The notes beneath the pieces are model-generated. The model was given only the letters and a program-made list of their open reading frames with translations, made no database searches and was not told the DNA's origin. A program made the position numbers and the translations under genes. A stretch of 63,959 nt of DNA, the filler included, from Bigelowiella natans CCMP2755 (taxonomy: Eukaryota; Protista; Cercozoa): assembly GCA_000320545.1 (NCBI GenBank). It is 6 parts of 6 records of this genome, joined end to end, with 100 filler letters (N's around TTAATTAATTAA, not from the genome) between each part and the next. Parts side by side here need not be neighbours in the genome. Positions count along the whole stretch, not along the records: positions 48,740 to 63,959 come from ADNK01001376.1; 5 more parts are not named here. One strand, 5' to 3'. Of the stretch, positions 51,367 to 63,959 are shown one piece after another (positions within the stretch are counted from its first letter, which is position 1; each line of letters starts with the position of its first letter).

Positions 51367-53757
51367 TCACATGGCCGCGTGGAAGGTGCGCGAGATGACA
51401 TCTTGCTGTTGCTCCTTTGTTAGTCGATTGAAGTGGACGGCGTACCCCGACACTCTAATCGTGAGATTTGGGTACTTTTCCGGGTTCTCCGCCGCATCGA
51501 TTAGCATCTCTCGGTTCAGGACGTTGACGTTGAGGTGCTGCGCGCCGTCCTGGAAGTAGCCGTCGATGAGCGACACGAGGTTGCTCTCGCGATCGGGCTC
51601 GTTCTTTCCGAGCGCGGAGGGGATGACGGTGAAGGTGTTGCTAATCCCGTCCATGCAGGAGTCATAGCTCATCTTGGCGACGGACTTCAGCGAGTTTATG
51701 CAGCCGGAGTTGTCGCGCCCATGCATGGGGTTGGCCCCAGGTGCGAAGGGCTCTCCCTTTATGCGCCCGTCGGGGGTGCTGCCCGTCTTCTTGCCGTACA
51801 CCACGTTGCTGGTGATAATGAGGACGGAGAGCGTGTGCTCGGAGTCTCGATACGTCGGGGTCTTCTTGAGCTCGCCGGAGAAGGCGTCAAGGAGGTCTCG
51901 AGCGATCTCGTCCACCCGGTCGTCGTTGTTGCCGTAGGCCGGGAAGTCGCCCTCTACCTTGAATTCGGTGGCGATGCCCCGCTCGTCGCGGACGGGCGTC
52001 ACCTTGGCGTACTTGATCGCCGAGAGGGAGTCGGCGGCGGAGGAGAGCCCGGCCACCCCGAAGGCCATGAAGCGCTTGACCTCGCTGTCGTGCAGGGCCA
52101 TCTGCAGGCTCTCGTAGGATGCGCAGCGGTGACAGTTGCATCACGTTCATCGTGTTGACGTAGAGCTCCGCGAGCCACTCGATGGCCGCCCGGTAGCGCT
52201 CCATGACCTCCTCGTACCGCAGGACGCCGCCCCCCGCCCCCTCGGAGACGGGGGCGAACCTCGGCCCGACCTGCGCGCCGGAGATCTCGTCCACGCCCTG
52301 GTTGATAGCATACAGCAGGAGCTTGGCGAGGTTGCAGCGGGCCCCGAAGAACTGCATCTGCTCGCCGATGTTCATCGCGCTCACGCAGCAGGCGATGCCG
52401 TAGTCGTCGCTGAACCTCGGTCGCATGAGATCGTCGTTCTCGTACTGGATGCTGCTCATCGCAATGGAGCTCTGCGCGCAGAACCGCTTGAAGTGCTCCG
52501 GGAGCCGCTCGCTCCAGAGGATAGTGAGATTGGGCTCGGGGCCTGCGATGGAAGCAAAGGCACGCGAGTGTTAGGCAGTGGAAGGCAGTTGGGGGGGGGG
52601 ATTCATGCTTGCAATGAAAAAATATAACAATGACAATAATGACGATAATAATAGTAGTAGCGATTGTGACCTGGGCCGAGATTGTAGAGCGTCTGGAGAA
52701 TTCGATAGCTCGTCTTTGTGACACGGGGCTGGCCTTTCTCGTCAAGTCCACCAATGACCAATGTGATCCATTGCGGATCGCCGGCAAAGAGTTCGTTGTA
52801 CTCCGGGGTGCGGAGGTGACGCACAAGGCGCAGCTTGATCACGAAGTCGTCGATGATCTCTTGGGCATCGCTCTCACTGAGCACGCCGTTCGCAAGGTCT
52901 TTCTCGAAATACTCGTCGAGAAAGCAATCTACTCGTCCAAGTGACATAGCAGCTCCGTCCTGCTGCTTGATAGCTCCTAGGTATGCGAAGTAGAGCCACT
53001 GAGTAGCTTCTTTGGCGTTCTCAGCTGGCCTCATGATGTCAAATCCATAACCCTCCGCCATTTTTACTAATTCCTTCAGAGCTTTGATCTGCTCCGCTAT
53101 TTCCTCCGCCAGCCTAATTGAGTGCTCATCCATCTTTCCGCCGAGGTTTTTCTTGTCCAGTATCTTCTGATTGATAAGGTGACTGACACCATACTTTGCT
53201 ACGCGCCTGTAGTCCCCAATAATGCGCCCTCTTCCATAGGCATCCGGGAGTCCCGTGAGGATCTTGTATTTACGCGCCGTTTTCATTTCGTCCGTGTACA
53301 CGTCGAATACGCCTTCGTTGTGCGTCTTACGATATTTCCTGAATATAGCCTCCGTGTCCGGGTCGAGCGAATACCCGTAGCTCTCCAGGGCGCTCTTCAC
53401 CATGCGCAAACCCCCGTATGGTTTGATCGATCGCTTCAAGGGTTTGTCGGTTTGGAGGCCAACAATCACTTCGTTCTCCTTGTCGATGTATCCGGGGGGA
53501 AAGGCGTTGACGTCGGAGGGGATTTTGTTGTCCACGTCCAAAATCCCGTTCTTGAGCTCTTCCTTGCAGAGGTCCAAGCACTGCCCCCAAACCAGTTCAG
53601 TCCTCTTTGTGGGACCCTCGAGGAAGGAAGAGTCGCCGCTGTACACTTGGTAGTTTCTGCGTGCCATCCTGCACAGGGCGCTGGAGGCCAGCGGGGCCAT
53701 GCGCTTCGCGATGATGGAGGCTGCTGGTGCAAGCCGTCTCAAGCTTGCTTGAAGCAT
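51367..53757 (-). CDS. PFL: Pyruvate formate-lyase with mitochondrial-type presequence; one intron (52543-52670) and an apparent frameshift near 52120-52140
   Basis: [30 protein letters not shown], catalytic [14 protein letters not shown], glycyl-radical [10 protein letters not shown]. Confidence 0.97.
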
Positions 53758-55420
53758 TGCCTGTCTCAGTGGTAGGTTCTTGTTGCGTTGTCCCTTTGTG
53801 TTCTGGTAGTCCGTTTGAGTTTTGGGGGTGGAGGACGATTCGCAAGAGCACTCGCTGCTTTTACCTCCCGCACGGAGACTGTCGCAGGTATAAATAGGGT
53901 GGTAATTTTGATCAGAATAGCCCAAATCATCTCTCTTTGTACATTTTCTGGGGAAATCGCCTTAGGTCATCCACCATCCCCAAGAGAGTACCCACTTGGA
54001 CGACGCGACGTCGCCAGGATGCAAGGGGGGTAGCCACATTTACACTCCACATTTTGTTCTATTTTTGTGTTTAATAATAAAATGGGAAAGAGGAGTTTTA
54101 AACGGATTGTTAACAATAGGAAAAAATGGACAGGTTGTTACGCGTGCCGATGGCTAGGAACGGAATTTGGCAGATTTTTGGTCATACGTGGACGAAAACA
54201 GGGGGAAAGTCGGAATTTCCCCTCCAAGTTTCGGGGGTTTTATTCAGTACGAATTTGGAACGTCTAATTTCCTTCTCTAAATTCCTCCTTGTTCATCTCA
54301 AGTTCAGTCGGGCGATTTTTTTGTGTTCGCCATCCAAATCAAATCAGTGAAGCGAGAATCCCACGGCATTTCCCTTTCTGCGACATTCGGTCGTTGAGAA
54401 GAAAACTGGCCTCTTGAATGCTCCAAGAAGACAAAATCCAAAAGTGTGCATTTGGTGCACGCAAGAATGGGGGTGGGCAGCAGCCGATCCAAGTGCTCTG
54501 GGAAAAAACGACAAGCCGCTTGGAGCGAGTGCGGAGATGTGAAAGATGGAGATCGATTGCGTCGATTTACAAAAGTCAGATGCTTGACGTCCTGTCCTTG
54601 ATGGAGGAGATTGTTGGTGCGTGGCTAGGCCCTCACATCATTGAGCCAGGTCTTCGACTTGCAGTCAGCATAGGTTTATTCTCCACTCTAGAGAGCTGCA
54701 AGGAATCGCTGATGCTTGTGGAATCACTCTCAAATCTACAATCTCCTTGACGAAATCATTGCTGCCCGTCGTCAATCGAGTGTTTCAGTGCGATGCGAAT
54801 CTGTTTCTAGCATCATCTGAAACGGGATGAATTTGAAATGTAATAATGTCCATAGATTGATGATTTCTATATTTGTCATAAAGAAGCAGCATTTGCTAAC
54901 GCAATCATCACGTCCGCCTCTGCTGCAGTCATGCACTTGCGACATGTTTACGTCACGTTGAGCAGTGCTTGCAATGGGCTTGATCGTGTGCCACATGGGT
55001 GTAGCAGCATGACAAATCGTGCAGTGTAGTAGGCCAGGTAAAATTGCCATGCGTGCGAAGCACACAAGCATGTGGATGCATGACTGGTCAGCGCGCCATC
55101 CGCATTACACGTCAACATGTACAGCCAATGCGACACAGGCGCGGCGTGAGGACATATAGCTCGTACCGCTTGTGCATACTTTGTCATGCGCCAAACTTGC
55201 AAAGATGGCATGTCCCAATAGTGGCTGCAGTCATTGTGTGCTAGTGTGTGTGGATGAGATGCGACATTCATCGGCGGACACCACGCACATGTCTATTAGG
55301 ATGCATGTGGTGAAGGGTTGTCAATTGCACTTAGGTTGACATTGCTGGCACAAACTAAGTGTTTTGCGCATCATTGCTGGCAGTGTGCAGACACCGTGAT
55401 GCAGTTCACGTGCACTGTTT

Positions 55421-55736
55421 CTACTCGTCCTCACCAGCTCCAGCGACCTCAAGGTCATCGTCTATCCCTAATTCGTGAGAGAATTTGAAGTTTAGGATGA
55501 CGAGATTCAACGATAGACAGGGTCTCGGTTACATGGAGGAAATGAAACTTTGATTAAGTGAAGTGAAGTGAACAGACGCACAAACGTGCGTGTGAAATGA
55601 AACTGTCGTAATTCTCAGAAGCATGGGTATTCACGAACAGTAGAGGTCACGATCGTGCAAAGAACCATGCTCTTTTACTACTTTCTGGTCATCACTAGTG
55701 TCTCTACGTTACGCTCCCAGTATTATTACTATAACA

Positions 55737-55772
<36 letters not shown>

Positions 55773-56832
55773 ACCGACACTATCACTACCTGGAATGTAG
55801 ATAAGCTGAACGTCTGCAATGATATCAGATCTCGGCGGCACGGCAGGCTTGCCAACCTTCGACTTGACACCGTTGGGGAAGGAGAGCTTTCCTGGGATGT
55901 AAAGCCTACGAATCCCCCCCTTCTTCATGGTCGAGAGACCTTCATCGAGTCCAGGGATCACCATGCCGGTCCCGACCCTGTGTGAAGATGAAAGAAACGA
56001 GTAAGAGGAACTATGATAATATTGAAAACGCATGGCCAGTTATGTACAAAGATAGAATACTCTATCCAGCCTACTGATTTTAATGAGGAAGAATTGACAG
56101 GGTGGCTGGAGCAATCCAGTAGAAGTTGTACCATATTTACATGCGACAGTAGTTGTGGGTCACGACCTGACATCGAGGGGCCTTCCTGGAGCATCGAAAG
56201 AGCTGAAAAATTCCTTTATACCGTTGCCAGTATCGATTTTTAACGAATAATGAACGACAACGTCAAAAGCCTTGGGCGGGTATTCACCCTCTCCCACCTT
56301 AATGTCACGGTACCTGAAAGATGAGCGAAGTACGAACACACGCGCTCAAAAAGAAGGCACATAACTGCTAGATTGATAGGTCGGACTATGTTCGAAGGGA
56401 AATCCGTCAAAAACGAATCTCCGAAAAGTCACCCAGAAAAAAAGTCAATTGTTTTCGATTAAGCGTCGTGTCTCACTGGAGGCCTGATCTTGTGGTTTGC
56501 AAGGGAACGTTGCCAATGCTCTGATCGCATGCGTCGTCGCAAAGTGGGCTGGCTCCGCTCTCTCTGTTGGATGAAAGAGCAGAGAATCCAGTCGCGGCTA
56601 AGAGACCAAGTGCCACGGATCGTCTCTTGCTGGGTATCATCCCTTGTCCTTTTGCCCTCGTACCCACACATCGGCGAACGGCTGGTGTACGCGCAGCTGT
56701 GCCTGTCGCAGCTAATCCAAGACTTTCTCCACCCCGACCTTGTGGCGATGATGATAGAGCCACGTATGCCAGGGTCGCGGCGCCAGTGAAGGCGACGAGG
56801 GTTTTGAGGAGGGAGGAGGGGGGGGGGCTCAT
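55421..56832 (-). CDS. Thylakoid-lumen FKBP-type peptidyl-prolyl isomerase with signal + transit + Tat leader, multi-exon
   Basis: TRSGLQ|YRDIKVGEG; RVGTGMVIPGLDEGLSTMKKGGIRRLYIPGKLSFP...DVQLIYIP|GIDDD. Leader has a hydrophobic segment, an R/A/T-rich region and KRRSVALGLLAA. Confidence 0.92.
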
Positions 56833-57142
56833 CCTTGTCGCCGCTTTTGTGGTGGACGAGAATCGAGCGGAGACTGGTAGAAACCCCGAGAAACGAATGC
56901 CATTATCCTTCAGCGACATGTCCATCTCTACCGGCTTAAAAAAGGACCAAATCCCAGGACGTCTCGGTACGTTTGATAGAATTTAAAGTTGTCGCAGGAT
57001 AAAATTCGCGCTTGATGCCCAGCAAAAGAAGCGAAGAGAACGAGCGTTGGCTGGCAGAGCCGAGTACTCGCGCCCGCAAGAGAAAGGGGTAGGAGAAGGA
57101 GGAGGGGGAGGAGGAGAAGAAAGATCGTAACCAACCCAAGCG

Positions 57143-57826
57143 ATGGGCTGTCAGGCAGAGAGCGAAGGGAGGCGGGGGGAGAAGATCCAGAGTGCACGGG
57201 CGCAAAGGAGTCGGATCCGAAACCTGCCCTTCGCAGTAGTTCTTGCCGTCGCCGGATCCATGCTCCTCCTCTCCCCTCCCCCTGCGCGCCGAAGAATGGT
57301 CAGGCTGGACGCAAATGCCTACGGTGGGTACTTAGTGCATTGCTGGGATCGGAAGGAATGAGAGGGGGAATCAGTTGGCCTTTGCCATTCTCCGCTAACA
57401 CTACCTCTGTTCGGCCTCACAGGCTCTCACATGCAAGGCCACGACGACCACCACTTTGTAGACGAAGACGATCTTATTGATGACGATCATTTCTGGGAGC
57501 AGAAGATCACGAGGTAGCAGCCTCGAGAGAACTAGGAAGAACGGCCGCACATACGGAAAAGGCGCAGCGTTTCGTGTTGTACGTCAGTCAAGACGGACGA
57601 GGGAATTTCACTGAAAAGACGATGCGTGTAGGGGATTGTGTTAATCTCCGCAGTAGGGGGGGGGGGGGGGAGGGGCGTGTTGAGTGCTAGCTTGATTGTG
57701 GTGACTGTGCTCGTAATTTAGTATGATGGCCCGAGAAGGAGCTCGTAATGCAGATCAAGCAAATGAAGTCAATCGCGTTATGACGACATTCAAACTCAAG
57801 TATTTGAACATAAGCTCGCACACACA

Positions 57827-57858
<32 letters not shown>

Positions 57859-57876
57859 TACACATACACATACACA

Positions 57877-57912
<36 letters not shown>

Positions 57913-57913
57913 C

Positions 57914-57944
<31 letters not shown>

Positions 57945-59274
57945 CTGTTTCCGGGCGCACAACAGAACTGTCAATAAAGTATCAATTTGCTTGCCCAAAA
58001 CAGTCCCTTCGAGATCCTGAACGTCCGATTCGATGCTTCAACGAGGAACATATCAGGGACTTATCGCAGGGTGAACGCGCAGCAGTAGCAGCAGCAGCAG
58101 CAACAACATATGATTTCTTCCTTGTTTTTCAGTGTTCGTGCTCAGACTACACCACCCTCACGCATCGTCGTTATCGTCTTTGTCCTCACTGTTTACAATG
58201 GCCATTGGCTCATCTTTCTCCCTTTCCTCAAATCGCTTCGACTACATATTCGAATTCGTATCAGTTGGCAGCTCTAATCCATCCTGACAAGTGCTCGCAC
58301 CCGGCGGCGAGGGAGGCATTCGAGCGGGCGAAGGAAGCGTAATCATTAACGATGATGACGAGCAGCATGATGATGGTGGTGGTGATGGTGACCCCCTGAC
58401 CTCCTGGCTGAAATGGCGCGTTTTCCTTCTTGATTGATTTCCTTTGCATCGGACGACTTCCCACGCGGATTTGACGCGAAATGCTGACTTTTCCACCCCC
58501 CAGCTACGACATCCTGAGAAGCAACAAGACGGCGCACAGATTCCGATTCATGACCACGGGAATAAAGGTAGGAACGAATCAAACAGTGCATGCACACATG
58601 TGCACGCACGCACGCAAGCACGCACACAAAACACGACGGCCTTGGGTAGGCCGGCCCTGCCCCCCCATCACATCGAATAACCGAAAACAACCGAACGGAT
58701 ATCTACCTCCCCCCCCCCCCCTTCGTCAGAAAATCATGTTGGAGGAGAAAGAGGCGGAGCTGCGCAAGGCAGGGGTCGGGGGATCGTTGGTGGAGGACCT
58801 TCTGGGCGACCCGAAAGACGCAAAGGTGGGTTCCATGATGCGGTTTTAGTACTTAGATGCGCGTGTGAGGGCTGGGTTGTCGCAGCTTTGAGCTTTTCCG
58901 TGTTGTTATAGTACAGCGTATCATACCTCATCATGCTCTGCCATGCTCTTACTTGGAGAAGACCTTCTCTTATCACCGTTTTTTGCGTTCGTTCTCCATC
59001 CCCCCCCCCCGGCAGGAGAGGCAAATCAAAGCCGACGAGATAGCGGATCGGCTGAACGAGTGGGAGCGCTCGACGGGGTTTCACAAGGAATGGAAACGCC
59101 GGGCGCGGGAAGCGCTAGTCCAGTTAATCAATCCATTAACACTCGAACGCGACGAGTATCATCATCGTCGCCGCACCACACCACGACGATGGCAGAACGC
59201 CCTTATATACCCGTCGCCGTGCTGCAATTGCTTATGTTCATGCGGACCTCCACGCGCCCAAGCTTCACCATACA

Positions 59275-59315
<41 letters not shown>

Positions 59316-59378
59316 GATAACCGACCTGAAAAACAGCTTTGCCACGATTTTCTACCAGAGCACACATCATCATCATCA

Positions 59379-59409
<31 letters not shown>

Positions 59410-60414
59410 TCGTCGCTGCAATCTCCGCTGTCACCGCGTTCTTACCCCCACCCATCCTCTCGCTTCTATACTGACTATCTATCAAACAGGGCCGAGTGGA
59501 GGGTTCAGCGGCATGAGGACTACTACGCGGGCGCGGCAGAACGGAGGAAGTTGATCGAGAGGGAGCGGGAGGAAAAGAAGCTCATCGCGAAGGAGGAGAG
59601 AGAGAAATGGGAGAAACACCGCGACGAGCGGATCAAGTCCTGGCACCTTTTCCTGAGAACCGAGAAGGAAGAAACAGAGCGCCGCCGTCGGAGGGTGGGG
59701 CGAGTTTTATCATCAGCATCATAATCATGATCATAATCATAGTCATCATCAACGACGATGACGACGACGCGACAAACCATAGCAGCGCTGCTCGCCTCAT
59801 CCTCGTCAGTTGGCAGAGCACTTCGCGCCTTCGAGTTTCCCCGATCTCCCTTCTTCTTCTTCTTCCTTTCTTTCTTTCTTTTTCTGGCTGTTGTTGTTGT
59901 TTGACACACCGCGATCGCCTATCATCAGGCCCCTGTCGATAGCGCCGACGATCAATCTGAAACGATCGACTCCGAGATGGGAATCGCCAAGATACCGTAA
60001 ACATACAGATCCCTCCCTCCCCAACGCCCCAATCGCCTAAAAAAAAGCACCCGAGTATGTCGGAGGAGAAATTTCGAGCTCACTCTTACATGAGCGAGCC
60101 GCGAAAACAAAGCCGTTTTGCCCTTTCTTTTTCCTTTTTTTTTTTTTGCGGTTGTACGCGGCGGCGGCTGCCACGAGCGCCGTCTGGCACGGGTAAATTT
60201 CCCAACGACTTTTTCCCCTACTGACCGCGCATTCTTCGGAGGGAAATCATGCCAAACGCGAATGCCCCCCTGAGTTCCGCTCGATGACGATGTCAGGTAT
60301 GAGTACCCAGACGAGGGGCCGAGAGAGAGGTCGCAGCTGATGACGACCTATCTCATGGAGGACTTCGATGCAAACTCGAACGATGTTGACGAGATGGGAG
60401 CGGCGGCCATCTGA
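57143..60414 (+). CDS. DNAJC8/Spf31-like J-domain protein with hydrophobic N-terminal extension, multi-exon
   Basis: NEVNRVMTTFKLN|PFEILN; LAALIHPDKCSHPAAREAFE (HPD motif); WEKHRDERIKSW. Start codon uncertain. Confidence 0.85.
57819..57943. repeat. Compound intronic microsatellite (CA)n-(TA)n-(GA)n, representative of dozens in the window
   Basis: Directly visible; many introns carry (CA), (TA), (GA), (CAT), (TAG) or poly-G/C tracts. Confidence 0.95.
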
Positions 60415-61366
60415 GGTGAGGAAAAGGCGATCGAAGGCAATTCTCTCGCATAATAGACCATGTATTAGTGTGTCTATCATCCGCTTTCCGCTGCGCTTGG
60501 TCGCCGAGGGAGTGCACGCCGCCTCCTGTCCGCCGTGCTGAGCACTATCTAGACCACACGACACGTTCGGGTGGCTCATGCTCCTCCATTTCATTGATGC
60601 ATGCTAGCATGACAAACGTCACGCAAGTTTCCATTTCATTAATAGTTCTGGAATTTTCAAATTTCTTGTAGAGCATCATTTATTCTTATGGTGAGGTGAT
60701 TGTGCTCTGCATAGCTAGATATAGCGCGCGCTCGCCTGCACAGCTAGACAGGATGTGGCAGCGTGTATACGTGGCATGACGAGCTAGCAGAGCGATTGGT
60801 TTTTTCAATAAACGAATAGCACAAGCAAGAGCATCGGATTTATTAGCATCGCGTATATGTAGTAGCCTGCTGTATAAAATATTGATTCACTTACCCTAAT
60901 TTGCTAGTCATTAGCTGTTAAAAACAAAGATTTGAATGGCATGGGCGCGGTGTCGGTTATACTGGAGCATGTGACAATGGAATGCACACGGACGGATGAA
61001 GATCTAAATGTCCGCATGCGTGCACTACTCTAGCTAGCTAGTTAGTACTACGCACAGCGCGTATTGCATCCCGATGAAGTAATGCCCCACTCATATCATG
61101 CTAGATCGAATTCAATAGATTTTGTTAATTTGCTGTCAAACTTATACGCACTGAGATCACCATTGACCTGTCGTACGTGTACGACATTAATATGGCACTC
61201 TAGGCACCCGATCTTCGTACGTCATCACAACACATGTGCTGCATCATCATGCATGGTGGGTACCTTGATTATATTCCGATTGCGGGGTTCATTTAGCACT
61301 GGATATATTACGCCAGATGTAGGCATGCGTGCCGCACACGTTTAATTAGAGCATATACCGCAAAGC

Positions 61367-61405
<39 letters not shown>

Positions 61406-61476
61406 CCTATGTATCACAGGTGCAGCATTATTAGCCCTTCCCCCTCCCCACCCTCCCCCCTTCGCAATCATCATCC

Positions 61477-63959
<2,483 letters not shown>

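Noticed and set aside
51535-53775. Long plus-strand ORFs antisense to PFL
   Set aside because: Shadow ORFs of a GC-rich coding sequence.

Overview
This is an intron-rich eukaryotic nuclear window of six contigs joined by artificial 100-bp spacers (N44-TTAATTAATTAA-N44). A eukaryotic 18S gene and a signal-peptide plus transit-peptide leader on a thylakoid FKBP suggest a secondary-plastid alga, probably a chlorarachniophyte (inference). Recognisable genes are a folate-biopterin transporter, eIF3h, an HMG-box protein, a DHHC palmitoyltransferase, an rDNA unit (18S-5.8S-partial 28S, minus strand), a LAT/APC amino-acid transporter, SEC14, a class I methyltransferase, an H6PD-like dehydrogenase, a C2-domain fragment, a TM+PDZ protein, pyruvate formate-lyase, FKBP, a DNAJC8-like protein and PI4-kinase III beta. 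The main signal is a mutational footprint rather than a gene. A ~2-kb element with ~195-bp terminal inverted repeats (2161-4195) has lost almost every TpA (2 left in 2047-4198). Its two TIRs differ by reciprocal TG/CA pairs, and its relic ORF has no Tyr but excess Cys/His. Less saturated patches (40.9-41.6, 50.6-51.0, 54.3-55.4 kb) keep TpA mostly in CTAG or CTA/TAG contexts. This points to a targeted TpA->TpG/CpA (A-to-G) hypermutation process, the mirror image of fungal RIP, which spares genes, intronic (TA)n and rDNA. No candidate mutator enzyme is visible in the window. All counts and gene models were made by eye.
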